Below, piece after piece: positions 8,550 through 18,632 of a stretch of DNA of 46,777 bases. The notes beneath the pieces are model-generated. The model ran no database searches, was not told where the DNA came from, and saw nothing but the letters and a program-made list of their open reading frames with translations. The translations under genes and the position numbers were made by a program. The stretch comes from Saprospiraceae bacterium (lineage in GTDB: Bacteria > Bacteroidota > Bacteroidia > Chitinophagales > Saprospiraceae). The DNA is taken from the NCBI GenBank assembly GCA_032115795.1, contig JAUMBK010000232.1, forward strand, positions 1-46,777, written 5' to 3'. How positions within the stretch are numbered: the first letter of the stretch is position 1; each line of letters opens with the position of its first letter.

Positions 8550-9884
8550 CTACACCTCCGTATTCGGGTCGAACGATTCAAGCAGGTCGCTGACTCTTTT
8601 CAGGAACGCCCCTCCCAAAGAGCCATCGACGACCCGATGGTCGTACGACATGGACAAGAACATCAGGTGCCGTATAGCGATGACATCACCGTAGGGTGTT
8701 TCAAGTACGGCAGGCTTCTTTTTGATCGCTCCTGTGGCCATTATGGCCACCTGAGGCTGGTTGATGATGGGTGTACCCATGAGATTTCCAAATGTTCCCA
8801 CATTTGTCAGGGTAAATGTACCGTCTTTTATTTCCTCCGGTTTTAATTTGTTTTGTCTTGCGCGGCTTGCCAGGTCATTGACAGATCGTGCCAATCCGGC
8901 CAAATTGAGCAGGTCGGCATTTTTTACGACCGGAACGATTAGATTCCCTGAGGGAAGAGCCGCTGCCATTCCGATATGGATGTCTTTTTTAACAAGAATC
9001 CTGTTGCCATCAAGAGAGATGTTGATCATGGGGAACTCTTTGATTGCTCTTACGATGGCGTGGATGAAGAGTGGGGTGAACGTGATATTTTCGCCGTATT
9101 TCTCGAGAAATTTCTTCTTGTTTTTTTCACGCCATTGTACCATGTTTGTCACATCCGACTCAACAAAAGACGTCACATGCGGAGAAGTTTGTTTTGACAT
9201 CACCATGTGGTCTGCGATCAACCTTCGCATTCTGTCCATTTCCACAATTTCTACATTGCCGGTTGATTGAACTGATGCCGGGCTTCCAGGGCTGGCTGCA
9301 GGTTCGGAAGAATCAGGCTGATGTTGCTGTGCTGTAGTTATGGTTTGCTGTGGTTGAGGGTAAGTACCTTTTTGCCGGTTTTGGATAAAAAGAAGCATGT
9401 CCTGTTTTGTCACTCTGCCATTGGCGCCACTTCCCTGAATTGCATCCAGTTCGCTGGCAGAAATATTTTCTTCTTTGGCCATATTTCTGACCAGGGGAGA
9501 ATAAAATCGGTCGCCAGAGTGAGCATGCATTGGAGCAATTTGCTTTGAAACAGCATCCATGTCCAGTGACAGAGTTTCACTGCTTTGGGAGGGTGACGCA
9601 GGCATCTCTACAGCAGGGGATGGTACTACTTCCGCAGATTCTCCATCTGTCTGAATGATGGCAATGACCTTACCTACAGAAACGACACTCTCTTCCGGGA
9701 ATAGCACTTCTGTTAAGACACCGGATACGGGAGAAGGAATTTCAGAATCCACTTTATCAGTGGCTATTTCAAGTATGGTTTCATCTTGATTGACGGTTTC
9801 TCCAACTTTTTTTGTCCATTTCAGGATGGTGGCTTCTATGATGCTTTCGCCCATTTTAGGCATGATCAATTCAACTTTCGCCAT
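8550..9884 (-). CDS. 2-oxoacid dehydrogenase complex E2 (dihydrolipoyl acyltransferase)
   Basis: N-terminal lipoyl domain (LEIATDKVDSEIPSPVSG), a Pro/Ala/Ser-rich linker, an E3-binding segment (SPLVRNMAKE) and a C-terminal catalytic domain with SYDHRVVDG. Confidence 0.9.
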   Translation of the reverse strand: MAKVELIMPKMGESIIEATILKWTKKVGETVNQDETILEIATDKVDSEIPSPVSGVLTEVLFPEESVVSVGKVIAIIQTDGESAEVVPSPAVEMPASPSQSSETLSLDMDAVSKQIAPMHAHSGDRFYSPLVRNMAKEENISASELDAIQGSGANGRVTKQDMLLFIQNRQKGTYPQPQQTITTAQQHQPDSSEPAASPGSPASVQSTGNVEIVEMDRMRRLIADHMVMSKQTSPHVTSFVESDVTNMVQWREKNKKKFLEKYGENITFTPLFIHAIVRAIKEFPMINISLDGNRILVKKDIHIGMAAALPSGNLIVPVVKNADLLNLAGLARSVNDLASRARQNKLKPEEIKDGTFTLTNVGTFGNLMGTPIINQPQVAIMATGAIKKKPAVLETPYGDVIAIRHLMFLSMSYDHRVVDGSLGGAFLKRVSDLLESFDPNTEV

Positions 9885-10039
9885 AAAGTAGTGGGTTTCG
9901 ATTAGGTATGGTACAAAATTACGAATAAATGGGGGTTTGTCATCTTTGAATGCTGAAATTCCTTTAGACCAGAGAGGGAAATGTGATTTGGCAGGGGTGA
10001 ATTTGCCGTCGATTTTTCTTAATCGGATTTTTGCCGGTG

Positions 10040-11296
10040 TTATTTCTTTTCATGCATTTTCAGAATCCATTTTCTTAGAAGATTCAGTGCATAAATGGTT
10101 GTTGTTTCAATATTTCCTGCCCTTTCTTTCCCTGCTTTCAATAAATACGTCACATGCGCATTTTCATTACCGGCACAGATCCAGATGGTACCTGCTGGCT
10201 TTTCTTCTGTTCCTCCATCCGGGCCAGCAATGCCTGAGACGGCGACAGCGGCATTGACGCCAAGTTTCCGGATAGCCCCTTTCATCATGGCGACAACAGT
10301 TTGTTCGCTTACAGCACCATATTGAGTCAGTATTTCTTCCGGAACATCAAGCAATGCTGATTTCATCTGGTTGGAATACGCAATGATGCTGCCGACAAAC
10401 GAATCCGAGGACCCCGGCACTGAAACTATTTTTGCCGCGATGGCTCCTCCGGTGCAACTTTCGGCTGTACCTATATGCAGGCCATATTTGCGACAAGTGG
10501 CCAACAATTCTTTTTCCAGGCTGGATACGTTGACACCGTATACAATGTCACTCAGTTGTCGACTGATGACTTCGGCAATTTCGTCCACCTGCTTTTGTAC
10601 TTCATCGAGTCTCTTCCCTTTTCCTGTAACCCGAACTCTGACCTGCCCCAGGGAAGGCAAATAGGCAATCGAGATGTTTTCTGGCAGGAAACTGACAATA
10701 TCTTTGATTTTGTTTTCAATGGTTGTTTCGCCTTCTCCTGCTGTAAGGAGAGTGGTGTGGGCAATCGCGGTAGTTGTTTGACCTAGCAGGACGGGCAAGA
10801 CTTCATCTTCCATGATGGCTTTCATTTCAAAAGGTACACCGGGCATGGATATCAGGGTTTTGTTGTTGAAATGAAAAAGCATGCCGGGTGCGGTTCCCAA
10901 CCGGTTGTGTAAAATGGATACCCCTTCAGGCATCAAACACTGGTCATTGTGTGATGGCGACATGGTCCGGCCCAGTTTTTCAAAGATTTTTTGGATCCGA
11001 TGATAGGTAGGTTGATGAAAGACGAGGGGCACCCCTACGAAGTCAGCGATGGCTTTTTTAGTCACATCATCACGCGTCGGACCGAGGCCACCGGTGATCA
11101 GGATAAGGTCTGTTTCTTTCACGGCCTGTGACAGGGTTTCAATGATCTGATCATGTCGGTCCCCAATTGTCCAGGTTTTAATTACGTCAAGGCCTGCCAG
11201 TGTCAGCTGGTCACCAAGCCAGGCTACGTTTGTATTTATGATTTGTCCGATGAGAATTTCGTCTCCAATGGTGATGATACCTGCCCTTGTGTTCAT
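10040..11296 (-). CDS. cinA: CinA family protein (MoCF-type domain plus NMN deamidase PncC-like domain)
   Basis: N-terminus GIITIGDEILIGQIINTN..LITGGLGPTRDD, and a C-terminal CinA domain with TAESCTGG and GIAGPDGG. Confidence 0.9.
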   Translation of the reverse strand: MNTRAGIITIGDEILIGQIINTNVAWLGDQLTLAGLDVIKTWTIGDRHDQIIETLSQAVKETDLILITGGLGPTRDDVTKKAIADFVGVPLVFHQPTYHRIQKIFEKLGRTMSPSHNDQCLMPEGVSILHNRLGTAPGMLFHFNNKTLISMPGVPFEMKAIMEDEVLPVLLGQTTTAIAHTTLLTAGEGETTIENKIKDIVSFLPENISIAYLPSLGQVRVRVTGKGKRLDEVQKQVDEIAEVISRQLSDIVYGVNVSSLEKELLATCRKYGLHIGTAESCTGGAIAAKIVSVPGSSDSFVGSIIAYSNQMKSALLDVPEEILTQYGAVSEQTVVAMMKGAIRKLGVNAAVAVSGIAGPDGGTEEKPAGTIWICAGNENAHVTYLLKAGKERAGNIETTTIYALNLLRKWILKMHEKK

Positions 11297-11991
11297 AGTC
11301 CTCCATCTTCATCACTGGCTATGCCTCTGTTGAGGAAATGCAAAAAAGGCATTAAGGCTGTCCAGGCGTTGACGATCATGGGCAATGCGTCTGATGAGGA
11401 TAACTGTGCGTCTGTCAGGGTCTTTGTGGCGGTGAAGCTTTTGTATTTTATCCATTCGATGGCGGGGTCGTCGGGATCAAACCCTTTGGGAGCGCGGCTG
11501 AGTTTAGCGCCTTCTTCTTCGTCCGGTGAATCATATATTTTTAAAAAGGCAGGGTCTTGCAGAATGGCATTCCATTCCTCTGGAAAATAATGAATTTCCT
11601 TACGGATTTTTTTCAACACAGGTGCTTCAGGCATCCAAATGCCGCCACCAACAAAGGTGCTACCCGGTTGGATATGCAGGTAATAGGCCGCCATCCCAGA
11701 TTTTTTACCGCCAATGTGCAAAGCAATGCCAAAATGTGTTTTATAAGGGGACTTGTCTGCAGAAAACCGCACATCCCGGTTTATTCTGAAAAGGCAATCT
11801 TTTGGCTGGAGCATCTCCAGTCCGGCTTCCACTTTTTGCAACTCTGACAGGAGGGCGGAAGCAGCTGCAAGGCAATTGGCTTTTGCGGAAGTATATAGGT
11901 GTTTGTTTTCGTCAAACCAGGCTTTGTGGTTGTTTTCGGCCAGGCTGGTTAAAAAATGCAGGGTAGAAGGTTGTATCATGGCAGGTTGCAA
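11293..11991 (-). CDS. DUF2461 (TIGR02453) family protein
   Basis: Shows the DUF2461 pattern: FLTSLAENNHKAWFDENKHLY, FRINRDVRFSADKSPYKTHFG and GGGIWMPE. Its stop overlaps the cinA start by 4 nt. Confidence 0.75.
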   Translation of the reverse strand: MQPAMIQPSTLHFLTSLAENNHKAWFDENKHLYTSAKANCLAAASALLSELQKVEAGLEMLQPKDCLFRINRDVRFSADKSPYKTHFGIALHIGGKKSGMAAYYLHIQPGSTFVGGGIWMPEAPVLKKIRKEIHYFPEEWNAILQDPAFLKIYDSPDEEEGAKLSRAPKGFDPDDPAIEWIKYKSFTATKTLTDAQLSSSDALPMIVNAWTALMPFLHFLNRGIASDEDGGL

Positions 11992-12025
11992 GATGCGTGA
12001 AAGAAAAAGTCAATGGCGGCGATGA

Positions 12026-12883
12026 TTAAAACCGGAAGCCAAATGAAACCTCAAAGCCGGTATTGCGATCGAAATGATTGGCAGGTATCGCTCGGTTGAT
12101 TGTTTCGTCATACTGTTTTCTGAGTACATCCATGCCATTGTTTGTGACATCAAGCAAACCGTAACTGTATTTAAACCCTACAAAGAATCCTTTATTTATG
12201 AAATAGTTGACACTTCCAGTGAGCCCAAGATCCAGGAAGTTGTACATGTTACCAACTTTTTCTGTAGATAGGTAGTTGTAGTAAGCACCTGCGTCTCTGG
12301 CAAGGGTGACTATTTTCCCATCAACCCACACGGAGGGACCTGTTGAACCGGTTGCTACACCACCTGCGGCATCATTATAGTAGTTGTGTATCAAAGATTG
12401 CTTAAAAAAGAGGGAGTCAGTATTTTTTTCGAAGTATAGTGTTCCATTTCCCCTAGGACCTATTAGAAAAGAAACATAGGCTCCGGCAGACAATTCCCAT
12501 TTTTTATTTACCTGCCAGCTCAAGGAAATAGGTAGGCTGACATAGGCATTTGAAATTTTCATTTTGATTGTAGACCTTCCTTTTTCGTAAACAAAGGCAT
12601 TTCCGATAGGGATCTTATAAAATGACTCTCCATCGTACGAATAACCTGTTCCCACTTGTGTATACACCAATTCGCCTCTGACAGCCAGATCTTCAGCGAT
12701 GGGATAAGCGTAATTTACTCCAAAGTGAAAGCCATTGGCCAATGAGAATTTTTCTCCTACGCCTTCTTCCAGAGGGCCTGAAAATTGTGTATAATTCAGG
12801 CCTGCACGAATTCCGAAGCTTTGCGCAGATAGACTGATTGACAACAGGCAAACAAACCACAACAGGCGAAAACGTAATGCCAT
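12026..12883 (-). CDS. Outer-membrane beta-barrel protein (porin-like, unknown specificity)
   Basis: Signal peptide MALRFRLLWFVCLLSISLSAQS, alternating-hydrophobicity strands and a C-terminal FGFRF. Start trimmed to ATG 12883. Confidence 0.65.
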   Translation of the reverse strand: MALRFRLLWFVCLLSISLSAQSFGIRAGLNYTQFSGPLEEGVGEKFSLANGFHFGVNYAYPIAEDLAVRGELVYTQVGTGYSYDGESFYKIPIGNAFVYEKGRSTIKMKISNAYVSLPISLSWQVNKKWELSAGAYVSFLIGPRGNGTLYFEKNTDSLFFKQSLIHNYYNDAAGGVATGSTGPSVWVDGKIVTLARDAGAYYNYLSTEKVGNMYNFLDLGLTGSVNYFINKGFFVGFKYSYGLLDVTNNGMDVLRKQYDETINRAIPANHFDRNTGFEVSFGFRF

Positions 12884-13003
12884 AAAAGACCAGGTTTGAA
12901 TAAAAAATGCAAAGATACACATTTTCCCGGACAGGGGCCAGGCAGGAGGTAAGTTGTGGTATTCAGCCAATATGACTATTTTTGCCAGCCAACAAGCGCC
13001 GTT

Positions 13004-13696
13004 ATGGGTAAAAAAAATAAGCACCGAAAATTTGCAGACCTGTTGTCATACCCCAATGTGTATGAGAATTACGACCCCAAGCAGCCGCGGTTGCTATCAG
13101 GTGACAATCAGGAAGCGGATTTGAAAGGGAAGTGGGCGAGTACTCATTTTGGCAACAATCATGGGCTTATACTGGAACTCGCCTGTGGTCGTGGAGAGTA
13201 TACAGTAGCTCTGGCGGAGGCATTTCCGGATATAAATTTTATTGGTGTGGATGTAAAAGGAGCAAGAATGTGGCAGGGGGCTTCCATCGCGCTGGAAAAA
13301 GGGCAAAAAAATGCCGCTTTCCTTCGAACCCGTATTGAGCAAATTGATTTATTTTTTGAAAAAGAGGAAGTATCGGGCATCTGGATTACTTTCCCGGATC
13401 CTTTTTTGCGGGAAAGTAAAGAAAACAAAAGGCTCACTTCCGCGCGATTTTTAGATAGATACCGCTCAATTCTCAATGCCGGGGCAATCCTCCATTTAAA
13501 AACGGATGACCCGACGCTATACCAGTTTACCTTAGACACACTTGCAGGTTATGAAGGTGCCCGCATTTTGTATTTTCATGATGATATTTATAGCTTGCCA
13601 TTGCCATTTCCGGAACTTGAGTACAAAACCCATTACGAAAAATCACACCTTGCCGCCGGAAAAACAATAAAATACGTAAGGTTTACCATCAATTGA
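13004..13696 (+). CDS. trmB: tRNA (guanine46-N7)-methyltransferase
   Basis: SAM-binding motif LELACGRGEYTVALAEAFPDINFIGVDVKG plus WITFPDPF. Start trimmed to ATG 13004. Confidence 0.9.
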   Translation: MGKKNKHRKFADLLSYPNVYENYDPKQPRLLSGDNQEADLKGKWASTHFGNNHGLILELACGRGEYTVALAEAFPDINFIGVDVKGARMWQGASIALEKGQKNAAFLRTRIEQIDLFFEKEEVSGIWITFPDPFLRESKENKRLTSARFLDRYRSILNAGAILHLKTDDPTLYQFTLDTLAGYEGARILYFHDDIYSLPLPFPELEYKTHYEKSHLAAGKTIKYVRFTIN

Positions 13697-13814
13697 GAAG
13701 CAGCAAGGATAAATTCCTTCGCGAGCTGTATTTTTACCTCAACAAGGAATAACAAAACAGACGTTGGTCTTTTTTTCGAGTAAATACAAACCGGTGTACG
13801 CCAAAAAACGGAAT

Positions 13815-14795
13815 ATGGAACTTATTCAATCCCTTTACCAACAATTTGAGGAATATCTTGCCTTGCATCCAATGACGAGGGAACCCAAAAACTTGTATGC
13901 TCCGGCGGATTATATACTTTCTATCGGAGGGAAGAGGATGCGGCCGGTTTTTGCTTTGCTTGGTTGCAGGCTGTTTGGCAAGGATGCCAGACTTGCAAAT
14001 GGTGCAGCGATGGCCGTGGAAGTCTTCCATAATTTTACGCTGCTGCATGATGACATCATGGACAATGCTACTGTCCGGAGAGGGCAGCCAACGGTACACG
14101 TGAAATATAGTCAAAATACAGCAATTCTGACTGGCGATGTAATGATGATTCAGGCTTACCAGTGTATTTTGAACTATGGCGATGCGGCGCTGGTAAAATC
14201 AATGCTGGATGTATTTACAAAAATGGCATTTGAAGTTTGCGAAGGGCAACAGCTGGACATGGATTTTGAACGACGGGTTGATGTTACCCTGCCGGAATAT
14301 ATCCAGATGATTACACTGAAAACGTCAGTTCTTGTTGCGGCATCCATTCAGTTAGGGGCAATGATTGCGGGTGCTTCAGAGGAGGATCAACGACATTTGT
14401 ATTTGTTTGCACTCAATTTCGGCATTGCCTTCCAGTTGCAGGATGATGTTCTGGATACATTTGGAGATGGAAACAAAGTGGGTAAACGCATTGGTGGAGA
14501 TATACTGCAAAACAAAAAGACCTATCTGTATTTGAAGGCGCTTGAACTGGGTAGCCAGGAACAGAAGAGCAGGTTGCTGGCACTATATTCTGGTGAGGAA
14601 AAACTGCGGGACGAGGAGAAAATTGAGAGTGTAACCCACATTTTTAAACAAACGCTCGTCAGGGAGTATACTGCCCAGCTGATTGAGGCATACCGGGATT
14701 TGGCGATTTCGCATCTGGAGGCAGCCCACGTTCAGGAAGAGGAAAAAGAGTCCTTAACGCTGTTTATCAAGCAAATGATTGTTCGGGAACACTGA
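13815..14795 (+). CDS. Polyprenyl diphosphate synthase (trans-isoprenyl diphosphate synthase family)
   Basis: First Asp-rich motif LLHDDIMD and second motif FQLQDDVLD, with GKRMRP upstream. Chain-length specificity cannot be determined by eye. Confidence 0.9.
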   Translation: MELIQSLYQQFEEYLALHPMTREPKNLYAPADYILSIGGKRMRPVFALLGCRLFGKDARLANGAAMAVEVFHNFTLLHDDIMDNATVRRGQPTVHVKYSQNTAILTGDVMMIQAYQCILNYGDAALVKSMLDVFTKMAFEVCEGQQLDMDFERRVDVTLPEYIQMITLKTSVLVAASIQLGAMIAGASEEDQRHLYLFALNFGIAFQLQDDVLDTFGDGNKVGKRIGGDILQNKKTYLYLKALELGSQEQKSRLLALYSGEEKLRDEEKIESVTHIFKQTLVREYTAQLIEAYRDLAISHLEAAHVQEEEKESLTLFIKQMIVREH

Positions 14796-14970
14796 TGTGA
14801 AGTTAAAAGCCCATTTGCAACACTTTATTGAGGTATTTACTATTCTTAGAAAAAGAAATATTGCAAAATGGTAAGTTGCGAATATCTTTGCATGCTTACT
14901 TTGAACAAAACAATGAACGTCTCTTTTAAATTAACTATATACAAAATATTATTTTTTCAGGAAGAATAAA

Positions 14971-14978
14971 TATATTTG
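14971..14978 (+). promoter_or_regulatory. Candidate Bacteroidota -7 promoter box (TAnnTTTG)
   Basis: TATATTTG lies about 30 nt upstream of ATG 15009. A second match, TATCTTTG, is at 14883..14890 in the same AT-rich 213-nt gap. Confidence 0.3.
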
Positions 14979-15008
14979 TTTATTAAGGGGTATTTAAATT
15001 GCCCGTTT

Positions 15009-15455
15009 ATGTCGCAAATTTTACAGTATCTTGTTTTATCTGGATTCATTTCTTTTGTGGTGATTTCCTGTGCCCCGACAGCACATGCAATTCAGGAAGG
15101 GGAATGTGCAGGCAATGCCATTGTGGTAGCAGTAGGAGGTGGGTTTACAGGTAAAGAGACGGCCTACATGTTGACAGAGCGTGGTGTTTTGTATGAAAAG
15201 CAGGGCAGTGCATTTCAATACAAAGCGGTGCTGGACAAGCGTTTTATCAGGCAGGTATTTTCTCTGTATAGACACCATGGTTTCTCTGCAATGACAGTTC
15301 GCGAGCCGGGGAATAAATTTTACAGTCTGGAAATGCGTCGGGGAGGAGATCGCCAACAACTGTTATGGGGTAAACATCCTGAAACTCCGGATATTCTTTA
15401 CCGATATCACCGTTTTATCTGGGAGGGAATTAAAAAACACACATCGTTAAAATAA
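15009..15455 (+). CDS. Hypothetical lipoprotein upstream of the M4 protease
   Basis: The N-terminus MSQILQYLVLSGFISFVVISC looks like a lipoprotein signal with lipobox Cys. It ends 11 nt before the protease start. I recognise no family with certainty. Confidence 0.5.
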   Translation: MSQILQYLVLSGFISFVVISCAPTAHAIQEGECAGNAIVVAVGGGFTGKETAYMLTERGVLYEKQGSAFQYKAVLDKRFIRQVFSLYRHHGFSAMTVREPGNKFYSLEMRRGGDRQQLLWGKHPETPDILYRYHRFIWEGIKKHTSLK

Positions 15456-15466
15456 AAAAGCAAGCC

Positions 15467-18400
15467 ATGTATTTACGTACAATTTTCTCATTTTTCCTAT
15501 TTATTCTGGCAATACTCGGTTCTTTGAATGGGCAGTTTAAGTCAATTTTACTCAACAAGCAGGAACCCGGTTACAGGGACAAGGTTTCCATTGTAAAACA
15601 GCCATGGGCGCTGGCACCGTCATCAAACGAGGAAGAGGTTCGTGTTTCTTTCAAGCCTTTGGAAGAGCTTGGTTTGTTGGCGGCTAAGACGGGGTTGCGG
15701 GCAGGGATGCTTACAGAAATGAATGTGCCGGCCTACATTGAGGGGACGTTGCGCAAAGCGATGCCCAAAGGCTTGTCGCCAGAGGTGCTGGCGGGCATTT
15801 ACCTCAAAGAAGCCGCGCCTTTAATGAAAATCTCTCATCCGGAGGAGGAGTGGCAATATGTGTCATCTGAAACGGATGATTTGGGAATGACGCACATTCG
15901 GTTTCGTCAAAAGATAGGCAACATTCCCATTTATGGAGCAGAAGTGATTGTACATGGTGTTGGAGAGACGTTTGACTTTGTCAATGGAAGGTATTACCCT
16001 TCCTCTTCTGGTGCTGCTGAAAAAATTATTCTGACCCCTGAAAAAGCGACAGAACTTGTTCAGACTGATTTAGGTCTGCAGGTGAAGTACACACAGGATT
16101 TGCATCAACTGGGGGATATGACAAGCCGATCAGAACTGGTTTACTATTGGCATGAGGGGGCGCTACTGCCGGTTTTTCACGTAACGGCGTATAAAAATCT
16201 GGTTGACAGGTGGGAGTATTTTGTGGATGCGGAAAGAGGCACTGTTGTCAGGAAATACATCAGTATTTGTAAATTTCACAACCACAGGCACGACAAGGGC
16301 AATTGTGCTCAACATGATGCATCAATGCCGGTGCTTGACGGCAAAGCAACGGCCAATTCGCAGGATTTATTCAATATCAACCGACTTATCAACACGTATG
16401 AAGTGGGGGGCAAGTTTTTTATGATTGACGGATCCCGGGATATGTTTCGTTCGATCCCATCCCAGTTGCCCAACGAGCCGGAAGGGGTGATCTGGACCAT
16501 TGATGCATTCAACACCTCGCCTGCAAAGGATGATTTTCGGTATGACCATGTAACATCCACGAATAATATCTGGGGCAATAAGACGGCAGTGTCTTCCCAT
16601 TTCAACGGGGGCAAGGCATTTGAGTATTTCCGGAATGTGCACAACAGGAAATCCATCAACGGAAATGGGGGAAATATAATTTCGCTGATCAATGTATCTG
16701 ATGAGGATGGAACATCGCTGGGGAATGCTTTCTGGAATGGTCAGGCCATGTTTTATGGCAATGGGGATGGTGCCTTTTTACCATTGGCCAGGGGATTGGA
16801 TGTTGCCGGTCACGAAATGACGCATGGTGTGGTGCAAAATACGGCCAATCTGGAGTACGAAGGGGAGTCGGGGGCGCTGAATGAGTCTTTTGCGGATGTT
16901 TTTGGTGCCATGATAGACAGGGATGACTGGAAGATAGGAGAAGATGTAGTCAAGTCGGCGGCTTTCCCTTCCGGAGCATTGCGAAACATGGAAGACCCGC
17001 ACAACGGGGCGGCGACCAATGATTTTAACAATGGCTGGCAGCCCCGCCACTACAATGAACGATTTAAAGGATCACAGGACAATGGAGGAGTGCATATAAA
17101 CAGTGGCATACCAAATTTTGCTTTTTTCAAGATTGCCACAGCAATAGGGAAAGACAAGGCAGAGAAGATGTATTACAGGGCTCTGGCAAATTACCTGACA
17201 AAATCGTCACAGTTTACAGATTGCCGTGTGGCGGTGGTGAAAGCCGCCGGAGATTTGTTTGGCACATCTGAGGTAAATGCAGTCAGGAAGGCATTTGACG
17301 AGGTTGGCATTACCGGCGAAACGGGCGGGGATTATGAAGACGATGTCAATGTCAATCCGGGTACAGAGTTTATTCTGACAACAGGTGCCAGCAATACAGG
17401 GTTGTTTTTAATGGACAAGGACGGAAAGGAACTGGCCAAATTGTCTTCCAAAACACTGATCAGCAAGCCAAGTGTGACGGATGATGGCACAGTGATTGTC
17501 TATGTTGCTTCAGACAAAAAGCTATACTTTACAACGATCAATTGGGCCCAGGGGCAATTTACTGCAGATCAGTCACTGGATAATTCTCCAATATGGAGGT
17601 CAATTGTTATATCCAAGGACGGCGACAGGATTGCAGCCCTTTTTGATGATAAAACAAACCAGATTTTTGTGTATGATTTCAATTCCAACACAGAAATGGA
17701 TTTTGAATTGTACAATCCTACCTTTACACAGGGAGTGACCACAGGAGACGTCCTTTATGCGGATGCAATGGAGTTTGATATAAGTGGCGAGTACATCATG
17801 TATGATTCAGAAAACCAGATCTCGAGCAATACTGCAGGAGATATCACATACTGGGATATTAGTTTTATACGGGTATGGGATAACGAAACAGACGAATTCG
17901 GGGACGGCAGGGTAGAAAAATTATTTACTTCTTTGCCGGAGGATGTCAGTGTGGGAAATCCTTCTTTTTCAAAAAACAGTCCGTACATCATTTGTTTTGA
18001 TTACCTAGACGAGGAGGGCAACGCCAGTATCCTGGGAGCGAATATCGAACGGGGAGACGTGGGTTTATTGTTTGAAAACAACATTTTAGGATATCCTAAT
18101 TTTAGCAGCAAAGACAACAGGATTGCCTTTGACAATGAGGGCACCAGTGGTTTAAATCTGGGTGTCGTCAACCTTACAACAGAAAAGATCAAGCCTAGCG
18201 GCAATGCATTTTTATTTACGTCAGGCAAGCGGTGGGCGGTTTGGTTTAGCAATGGTGATCGAAACCTTTCTGGCTTGAATGGAAGACTGGAACAGGTACA
18301 TGGGCTTACCATTGCAGGAAATCCTGTGAGTCAATTGCTAAGGGTAAGACTGGAGGAAGAAACGAACCAGTTGGGCATAGCCCGCATCACAGATATGGCC

Positions 18401-18547
18401 GGCAATCTGGTGCAAACCTTGCATCCGATGCAATTGGACGGTCTTGATCTGACCTTTGACCTGTCACGTTTACCGAGTGGAGCGTATGCCATCACATTAC
18501 CTGTATCTGGAAAAATACATGTTGGGCGGTTTGTAAAGCAGGAATAA
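15467..18547 (+). CDS. Secreted M4 (thermolysin/protealysin-like) zinc metalloprotease with beta-propeller-like region and T9SS C-terminal sorting domain
   Basis: Signal peptide present. HEMTH is at 16811..16825 and the downstream Glu motif is GALNESFADVFG. The middle ~350 aa contain TolB/WD40-like repeats. The last ~80 aa fit the T9SS type-A CTD pattern (GNPVSQLLRVRL..ITDMAGNLV..LSRLPSGAYAITL..FVKQ). Confidence 0.9.
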   Translation: MYLRTIFSFFLFILAILGSLNGQFKSILLNKQEPGYRDKVSIVKQPWALAPSSNEEEVRVSFKPLEELGLLAAKTGLRAGMLTEMNVPAYIEGTLRKAMPKGLSPEVLAGIYLKEAAPLMKISHPEEEWQYVSSETDDLGMTHIRFRQKIGNIPIYGAEVIVHGVGETFDFVNGRYYPSSSGAAEKIILTPEKATELVQTDLGLQVKYTQDLHQLGDMTSRSELVYYWHEGALLPVFHVTAYKNLVDRWEYFVDAERGTVVRKYISICKFHNHRHDKGNCAQHDASMPVLDGKATANSQDLFNINRLINTYEVGGKFFMIDGSRDMFRSIPSQLPNEPEGVIWTIDAFNTSPAKDDFRYDHVTSTNNIWGNKTAVSSHFNGGKAFEYFRNVHNRKSINGNGGNIISLINVSDEDGTSLGNAFWNGQAMFYGNGDGAFLPLARGLDVAGHEMTHGVVQNTANLEYEGESGALNESFADVFGAMIDRDDWKIGEDVVKSAAFPSGALRNMEDPHNGAATNDFNNGWQPRHYNERFKGSQDNGGVHINSGIPNFAFFKIATAIGKDKAEKMYYRALANYLTKSSQFTDCRVAVVKAAGDLFGTSEVNAVRKAFDEVGITGETGGDYEDDVNVNPGTEFILTTGASNTGLFLMDKDGKELAKLSSKTLISKPSVTDDGTVIVYVASDKKLYFTTINWAQGQFTADQSLDNSPIWRSIVISKDGDRIAALFDDKTNQIFVYDFNSNTEMDFELYNPTFTQGVTTGDVLYADAMEFDISGEYIMYDSENQISSNTAGDITYWDISFIRVWDNETDEFGDGRVEKLFTSLPEDVSVGNPSFSKNSPYIICFDYLDEEGNASILGANIERGDVGLLFENNILGYPNFSSKDNRIAFDNEGTSGLNLGVVNLTTEKIKPSGNAFLFTSGKRWAVWFSNGDRNLSGLNGRLEQVHGLTIAGNPVSQLLRVRLEEETNQLGIARITDMAGNLVQTLHPMQLDGLDLTFDLSRLPSGAYAITLPVSGKIHVGRFVKQE

Positions 18548-18632
18548 TGAAATCGTTGTGAATGGGACAATCGCAGCGGATTGTAACAATTTTAAAATCA
18601 TGTTGTTGTATTAATCTGAGTTTCCTTATTCT

